Shown here piece by piece: positions 58,352 to 64,000 of a DNA stretch of 64,000 nt (position 1 is its first letter; each line of letters starts with the position of its first letter). The translations under genes and the position numbers were made by a program. Source of the DNA: Bacillota bacterium (GTDB lineage: Bacteria; Bacillota; JAAYKD01); assembly GCA_963666425.2 (NCBI GenBank), contig OY762825.2, forward strand, positions 608,001 to 672,000, read 5' to 3'. Under the pieces are notes generated by a model. The model saw nothing but the letters and a program-made list of their open reading frames with translations, searched no databases and had not been told where the DNA came from.

Positions 58352-60814
58352 TTACCAGCGACCGCCGCCGCCGCCGCCCGAGCCACCCCCAGAAAATCCG
58401 CCGCCACCAAAACCGCCGCCGCCGGAAGACATACCCCTACTGGCAGATACCGGGACTGTATTCAAAGAACTGCTCATATGATTCATCATATAAATCATAC
58501 TATAGTTCATGCGGGTCGGATCGTTGGAATAGGACCAGCTGGGCGGTGCCAGGGTGATACCGTCAAATTTCTTTTCCCAGATTGCCGAAACACCCAAAAC
58601 TTGGGCATAGGGCAGGATTTTATAGTAGTATTCCGGATCGTCCGCTAAAAGCAGCTCCAACCTGTCTTTCTCCGCGGTGCGCAGGAAATCTTTAAAACCG
58701 AGACATAATTCCAGCAGATGTGACCCGTAAGCGGTTCGCCTCCTGATAAAAGGAGCGAGCACGCCGGTCAGGAGCAGCGCAGCGCCACTGAAACCGGCGC
58801 TCCACTTGGGCAGTACACCGCCTGCATATCCCATCATAAACAACAGCCAACCGAAACCTGCAAAAACCAAACAGAACAACAGTATGGCAATGGAGGCAAT
58901 CGAAGTGATTTTCAGTCGTTTACCAATCAGATTAGACAAAGAAGCTGTAACACCCCAGCTGCCAACCACCAGCAGAACAGAAGCAACCGCATGCTCGATC
59001 AGATCCTGATAACCGTAGAAGTAAGCTGCCAAAGCACAGACGGCCATGCCAAGCAACGGCCAGAGATAACCAATTAAACCGGCTTTGATGCCTGCACTCT
59101 GATTATGCAGCGCTTTTTCTCCCCGATAGGTATTCAGGACACCGCTCAGCGTGGTATTGAGCACAGCGTAGAATTTCCCTTTCAGCTGTTCTTCGCTGAC
59201 GCTGATTTCATCAATCTCTGCTGCTGCATCGCCGGTCTCATTCGCTGGCTTGGTGCTGCCGAAACCCCACATAGAACGATACATGCTCTTCTCATAGGCG
59301 GGATGAGAGGCCTCCAGTTCATTTTTCTTGTGCAAAATGAAACTGTCTTTGCCGGTGAATTCCACCTGTAAGTGCCCCTGAGAAGCCCAATAATAGATGA
59401 GGGCAGTCAGATCTTTGCCCGAAAGCGAATCGTCAATGATATAACCCACTTCTGCCGGGTTCAGCCCTTCCGGCGGATAAAACTGCACCGGCGGTGTTAA
59501 AATCGGATCTCTTTGCTGAATAAACGCCAGCCAAAACGCCGCCAGTAAGACAGCCAGCATCATCACGGGCAGCAGATAATCCCAAATATAGAAATGGCGG
59601 GCAAATGTGCTGCCTGCTTTATAAGCAAAACTGAGTTTAAAGGCATCACCTTTGCTGTAACTGCCTTGCATTCTGGCAGTCAGGGTATTGCCGACGACCT
59701 GTTTTGTGAACAGTTCAGTCGATCCTTCACTGAAATTGGAGGTAGATCTAAAAGAAGACGAAGCATAATCAAAAGGGCTGCGTAAGGAAAGCGAAATCGC
59801 GTCATACCAGCAAAAATCGGAATTTTCCATAAAGTAAAGCTGCCAGTCCTCCTGCGATTGAGGTTTCGCGTATGCTACCGTATAGCGTACGGCAAATGTC
59901 AGCGTTTCCCCGGCTTTCGCGCCGCTGACCAACAGCGGAGCGGTAATATCAGCTGTATTTTGCCAGGTATCGCTGCCGGGCAGCATCACTTCCGTTTTGT
60001 TGATTTTGCTGATACCGCTCTGCTCATATTGCGATAAAGTACGCTGCAAAGAAGCTCCGTCCAGATTGGCAACCGCCTTATAGGTTTCTGTAACAGTCAA
60101 ATCGGCATATTCATTCATCACTGCAAAGACATCCAATTGCTTGACTTTAAAATCAGACTGCCAGACCGGAGCCAGTGGGAAAGCGCCTTCCATCAATTCG
60201 GCATTGATTGTCAAACCTTCGTAAGGCTGCAGCTGTTTTGTGCCGGTAATCTGGATTTGATTGCCCTGCACAATGACCTTGCATAAGCCGTTGGCGGCAG
60301 TACTGCCGTAAGCACCGCCCGTAATGGTGTACTTGTTCAGCACGGCAGCGGGCGGTAAAGAAACCGTGGCGGTAAATTTCTCGATGCGGGTATTCCAAGA
60401 GGTGCCGATTAAATTGACATAGATATAGTCATAAACGCTGCTGGTATCCGCATAGTGCGAGAGCGTATAAGAAATCACATAGGTGACACTGCCTTTGACC
60501 AGTTTATTCGGATCGCCGATCCGATACACCCCATAACTATCTTCACTGAATGGTACATCTTTGACCTGAAAATTCTTCAGCATGACTTCTTCCACACTGC
60601 TGTAGGGGGAAACATCACGGGTGATACCATGGGAAGATTCATTGAAATAAACTTCGATTGTCTCGACCACATCGAAGCTTCTGTCCGAATTTGCTACCAG
60701 CTGAACGTCATAGTTTTTGATATAATAGCCGCTATCTACCTGATTCGTCGCAGCAAGAGTAGTGGGACAGATCAGGACAAACATCAAACAAATCCATAAA
60801 ACCACTCGTTTCAT
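58352..60814 (-). CDS. DUF2207 family membrane protein with duplicated extracellular domain
   Basis: Signal peptide, SHGITR, NLIGT.W, F.PPEGL.PAEVGY, GFKDFL..AEK, LPYA.VLGV...W, GGGGGGRW tail. ATG 60814 after AAGGAGG. Confidence 0.88.
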   Translation of the reverse strand: MKRVVLWICLMFVLICPTTLAATNQVDSGYYIKNYDVQLVANSDRSFDVVETIEVYFNESSHGITRDVSPYSSVEEVMLKNFQVKDVPFSEDSYGVYRIGDPNKLVKGSVTYVISYTLSHYADTSSVYDYIYVNLIGTSWNTRIEKFTATVSLPPAAVLNKYTITGGAYGSTAANGLCKVIVQGNQIQITGTKQLQPYEGLTINAELMEGAFPLAPVWQSDFKVKQLDVFAVMNEYADLTVTETYKAVANLDGASLQRTLSQYEQSGISKINKTEVMLPGSDTWQNTADITAPLLVSGAKAGETLTFAVRYTVAYAKPQSQEDWQLYFMENSDFCWYDAISLSLRSPFDYASSSFRSTSNFSEGSTELFTKQVVGNTLTARMQGSYSKGDAFKLSFAYKAGSTFARHFYIWDYLLPVMMLAVLLAAFWLAFIQQRDPILTPPVQFYPPEGLNPAEVGYIIDDSLSGKDLTALIYYWASQGHLQVEFTGKDSFILHKKNELEASHPAYEKSMYRSMWGFGSTKPANETGDAAAEIDEISVSEEQLKGKFYAVLNTTLSGVLNTYRGEKALHNQSAGIKAGLIGYLWPLLGMAVCALAAYFYGYQDLIEHAVASVLLVVGSWGVTASLSNLIGKRLKITSIASIAILLFCLVFAGFGWLLFMMGYAGGVLPKWSAGFSGAALLLTGVLAPFIRRRTAYGSHLLELCLGFKDFLRTAEKDRLELLLADDPEYYYKILPYAQVLGVSAIWEKKFDGITLAPPSWSYSNDPTRMNYSMIYMMNHMSSSLNTVPVSASRGMSSGGGGFGGGGFSGGGSGGGGGGRW

Positions 60815-60847
60815 CTTTTTCTCCTCCTTTGTCATCAATACTCTTTC

Positions 60848-60875
60848 ATTCGGGTCTCCATGGTGAAAAACCTTT
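60848..60875 (-). promoter_or_regulatory. sigmaH-type promoter for DUF2207-NTase
   Basis: AAAGGTTTT...; AGGT-N18-GAAT on the minus strand. Confidence 0.6.
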
Positions 60876-61005
60876 ACTGCCTTTAAAATCATTTGCATAT
60901 AAATCAATTGATTTTTATTTCGCAAGAATTTTTTAGGTCAAATTATCATGCTGTTTTAACTAAAACGTTTGAAACTCGATGTAATTTAATTGTAATATAA
61001 AAAAA

Positions 61006-61032
61006 GAAGGATTATTTCCATTTTTTTTGAAA
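61006..61032 (+). promoter_or_regulatory. sigmaH-type promoter for GNAT(-ABC)
   Basis: GAAGGATTA...; AGGA-N17-GAAA. Confidence 0.45.
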
Positions 61033-61095
61033 TTGTAAGACGGGACAGAACAGTCATTCCATCAGAAATAGCCGAATGCAGAAGAGGAGGAAAAA

Positions 61096-61635
61096 ATGGA
61101 TCTGACTTTATGCACAAAAAGATTAGCTTTAGTTGCCATGACGGATCAGGATATTGATTTTCTCACTGATCTGCTGACTCTGCCGATCGTCAATCGTTTC
61201 GAGCAGAAAACCCAGCCAAGCAGAGAAGAGGCAGAAGAAAATTGCCGCAGTCTATTGGAAAAAGCTAAAAAAATACCAGAAGCAGGTGCGCTGCGCTGGA
61301 TTGTCCGTACTAGCGAGGGGGATCGTATTGGACAGGTACAGATTACCTGTAACTGGGAGGATACTCGAGAATGGGAAATCGGTTATACTTTCTTACCGCA
61401 GCATTGGAGCCAGGGTTATGCTACGGAAGCCGTTGAACGATTGATCCGTTTTGCTTTTGAAGATTTAAAAGTGCATAAAATCGTTGCATTAATCAATGCA
61501 GAAAACAAACGCAGTGTTGCGCTGGCCAAACGCCTGAAGATGGTACAAGAAGGCTTTTTGCGTGAAGCACGCTTGATTGCAGGAGTCTATTATGATGAAA
61601 TCGTTTTTGCTTTGCTGAAAACGGATCTGGATTGA
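61096..61635 (+). CDS. RimJ/RimL-type GNAT acetyltransferase
   Basis: T.RL.L, EIGY......W.QGYATEA, EN.RS......L.M..EG.LR; GAGGAGG RBS. Confidence 0.9.
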   Translation: MDLTLCTKRLALVAMTDQDIDFLTDLLTLPIVNRFEQKTQPSREEAEENCRSLLEKAKKIPEAGALRWIVRTSEGDRIGQVQITCNWEDTREWEIGYTFLPQHWSQGYATEAVERLIRFAFEDLKVHKIVALINAENKRSVALAKRLKMVQEGFLREARLIAGVYYDEIVFALLKTDLD

Positions 61636-61715
61636 TTTTACTGCACCACATATTCTTGAAAAATAGATATGCGGTGTTTTTTTACGAAACCGGATGTCCC
61701 GAAAGGAGCTATCGC

Positions 61716-63470
61716 TTGCGAAATTTCAAAAAAATCGTTACACTCATTCGTCCTTATTGGTTGCTATACACGGCAGTCATTCTCGCTCTGGTTGCGGGTA
61801 ATTTAATTAAACTGGTACCGCCCATGATTCTGCGTTCCATTATCGATCAAGGTATCCCTTCCGGTAATCTGCAGCTGGTCGTAAAATCTTTATGGCTTTA
61901 TATCGGACTCTGGATCATCCGCGGCATTTGCAGTTTTATTCAATGGTACGGCTCGGAAAATGTCGGTCAGAAAATTGCACTTTCCTTACGCCAAAGTTTG
62001 CACGATAAACTGCAGACCTTATCGGTCTCTTGGTTTGCTAAAACGCAGACCGGCTCGATTTTAGCCAAACTGACCGAAGATGTTGATATTGTCCAGCAAT
62101 TTGTCTGCTGGTCGTTTCTGGAATTGCTTACCAATATCATTTCTGTTTTAGGGACGGTCACGATGCTCGTTTACATCAGTCCTACACTGGCTGCCAAAGT
62201 ACTTTTGACCTTACCGGTTCTGTTTTTTCTGGTTTATCGTTTTAATCGGGTCGTCCGCCCAGCTTGGGAGGCTGTGCGGGAGCAGATGGATCATCTCACC
62301 TCTGCTTTGCAGGAGAATATTTCCGGCGTCCGCGTCGTTAAAGCCTTTGCCAGAGAAAACTTTGAGATGGGCAAATTCGATCAGCAAAATGTAATTTACC
62401 GGGACAAGAATATATCCCGCGCCCGCTTGGAAGCACGCTACAATCCGATGATGGAGTTTACTTCTGCCGTTGGGATCATGCTGTTTCTTTTTTTCGGTGG
62501 TTTGGAATATCAAGCCGGCCGCATCAGCATGGGAGATTTGCTTTCCTTTAACATGTACCTCTGGGAATTTATGTGGCCGGTTCGTATGCTGGGATTCCTG
62601 ATCAATATGCTGGGCCGTGCATTGGCCGCCGCACCGCGTGTCTTTAATATTTTGGATATGCCGGTAAAAATTCATGACCCGGAACACCCGATCGAACCGG
62701 AAGCAATTCGTGGCCATTTGCATTTTGAAAATGTCTCTTTCCATTTTGAAGACGATCTCCAGACAGAAATTCTCAGCCATATCAATCTTGACGTGCAACC
62801 GGGAGAACGGGTCGCCATTGTCGGCGGTACCGGTTCCGGTAAGACGACGATGATGAACCTGATTCCGCGTTTTCATGATGTCACGGAGGGCAGCATCACC
62901 TTGGACGGTGTGGATCTGCGTGATTTCTCGCTGGAAACCCTGCGGCAGAATATTGGCATGGTACTGCAGGAAACCTTCCTCTTCTCTACTTCGATTGGGG
63001 ATAATATTGCCTACGGTTCGCCCAATGCGACGGTGGCTGCCGTAAAACATGCGGCGGAGGTCAGCCAGGCCGCCGAATTTATCGATACCCTGCCGCAGGG
63101 TTATCACACCATGGTGGGTGAACGCGGCATCGGTCTTTCCGGCGGACAAAAACAACGGGTAGCTCTGGCGCGCGCCGTTTTATTGGACCCGAAAATCCTC
63201 ATTTTGGATGAGGCTACTTCCAGCGTGGATGTGGAGACAGAGCAAAAGATCCAGTCTGCTCTGGAAACCGTCATGGCTGGCCGCACGACGTTAATCATTG
63301 CCAAACGGCTTTCGACCATTCAAAACGCAGACCGGGTCGTCATTCTGGAAGGCGGCCGTATTGCCGAAATGGGCACCCATCAAGAATTACTCTCACTGGG
63401 CGGGCTTTATAAGCGGCTCTTTGAACAGCAAATGTCCAACCGCAGCGAAACGCAGCAGAAAGGAGCGTGA
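61716..63470 (+). CDS. ABC exporter, fused TMD-NBD, subunit 1 of a heterodimer
   Basis: Six-TM domain, G.RVVKAF, GGTGSGKTT, LSGGQKQR, ILILDEATS. TTG 61716 after AAAGGAG. Confidence 0.93.
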   Translation: MRNFKKIVTLIRPYWLLYTAVILALVAGNLIKLVPPMILRSIIDQGIPSGNLQLVVKSLWLYIGLWIIRGICSFIQWYGSENVGQKIALSLRQSLHDKLQTLSVSWFAKTQTGSILAKLTEDVDIVQQFVCWSFLELLTNIISVLGTVTMLVYISPTLAAKVLLTLPVLFFLVYRFNRVVRPAWEAVREQMDHLTSALQENISGVRVVKAFARENFEMGKFDQQNVIYRDKNISRARLEARYNPMMEFTSAVGIMLFLFFGGLEYQAGRISMGDLLSFNMYLWEFMWPVRMLGFLINMLGRALAAAPRVFNILDMPVKIHDPEHPIEPEAIRGHLHFENVSFHFEDDLQTEILSHINLDVQPGERVAIVGGTGSGKTTMMNLIPRFHDVTEGSITLDGVDLRDFSLETLRQNIGMVLQETFLFSTSIGDNIAYGSPNATVAAVKHAAEVSQAAEFIDTLPQGYHTMVGERGIGLSGGQKQRVALARAVLLDPKILILDEATSSVDVETEQKIQSALETVMAGRTTLIIAKRLSTIQNADRVVILEGGRIAEMGTHQELLSLGGLYKRLFEQQMSNRSETQQKGA

Positions 63471-63474
63471 AGCA

Positions 63475-64000
63475 ATGGCAGACAATCAGGAAGCAACCGC
63501 CGTCGAGAACTTATTCGACGTGGAAGAAGAACAACCGGAAACAGAACAAAAGGCTTTTGACAGCCACTTATTTTTACGGATGCTGAACTACATCCTCCCC
63601 TATCGCAAATCTGCAATTCTTGCTGCCGCTTTCGTCTCTTTAAAAACGTTCATGAGCGTGCTGGAACCGCTGATCGTCAGGAATGCGATCGATCACGGCA
63701 TCAGCAACTTCGATTATCCTTATCTGGTCAAAATGACCGCGCTCTATTTTCTGATTTCCTGCGTCAGCTGGCTTTCCAACCGAGAGCAAAGCCTGATCAT
63801 CAACCATACCGGCGCCAAAGTTCTTTATGATTTGCGGCGGCAGTTGTTTGAACATATTCAGAAACTCTCCTTCAACTTTTATGACAGCCGCCCGGTCGGC
63901 AAAATCATCGCGCGGCTCACCACCGATGTCAACCGCATCGCGGAACTGATCAACGGCAGTCTGATCAACATACTCAGCCAACTGCTGATGCTGATCGTTC
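63475..64000 (+). CDS. ABC exporter subunit 2 (partial, runs off right edge)
   Basis: ATG 63475 after AAAGGAG; MADNQE...RMLNYILPY...DLRRQLFEHIQKLSFNFYDSRPVGKIIARLTTDV, typical of an ABC TMD. Confidence 0.88.
   Translation, partial: MADNQEATAVENLFDVEEEQPETEQKAFDSHLFLRMLNYILPYRKSAILAAAFVSLKTFMSVLEPLIVRNAIDHGISNFDYPYLVKMTALYFLISCVSWLSNREQSLIINHTGAKVLYDLRRQLFEHIQKLSFNFYDSRPVGKIIARLTTDVNRIAELINGSLINILSQLLMLIV

Noticed and set aside
45042-63155. Long antisense ORFs (45042-45764, 48263-48889, 62211-63155; also 19691-20266 and 13276-13860)
   Set aside because: Shadow frames opposite well-conserved genes, with no RBS or motifs.
1-64000. CRISPR arrays, IS elements, prophage or recognisable defence systems
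   Set aside because: No regularly spaced repeats, transposase, integrase, cas or phage genes were recognised; the largest intergenic gap is only about 500 nt.

Overview
A mostly chromosomal window from an anaerobic Bacillota-type bacterium (SLH domains, PurR boxes, sigmaA- and sigmaH-like promoters, purSQL). Bases 1 to about 2.7 kb are an AT-rich accessory segment: an ABC-permease-like gene running off the left edge and a probably frameshift-split lipoprotein. From 2.7 to 34.5 kb there are ten peptidases/amidohydrolases (AbgA, AbgB, three S9C, one S9A prolyl oligopeptidase, a subtilase, Pcp, IadA, one M24), interleaved with pyrFE, hom, tRNA-Asn, an orphan methyltransferase, preQ1-I riboswitch-queT, patB, psd and thrE. 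At 39.9-51.1 kb is a purE-B-S-Q-L-F-M-N-H-D cluster lacking purK and purC, with a purE that probably starts at ACG. From 51 to 64 kb is an envelope/export region (lemA, two DUF2207 paralogs, DUF4353 lipoprotein, nucleotidyltransferase, GNAT, heterodimeric ABC exporter). The main hidden signal is an AGG(A)-N17/18-GAA sigmaH-type promoter motif, correctly oriented before 11 transcription units, which links nearly all the peptidases and the LemA/DUF2207 genes into one candidate regulon for salvaging blocked or damaged peptides. No CRISPR, transposase or integrase was seen. All family calls come from motif recognition by eye, not database searches.
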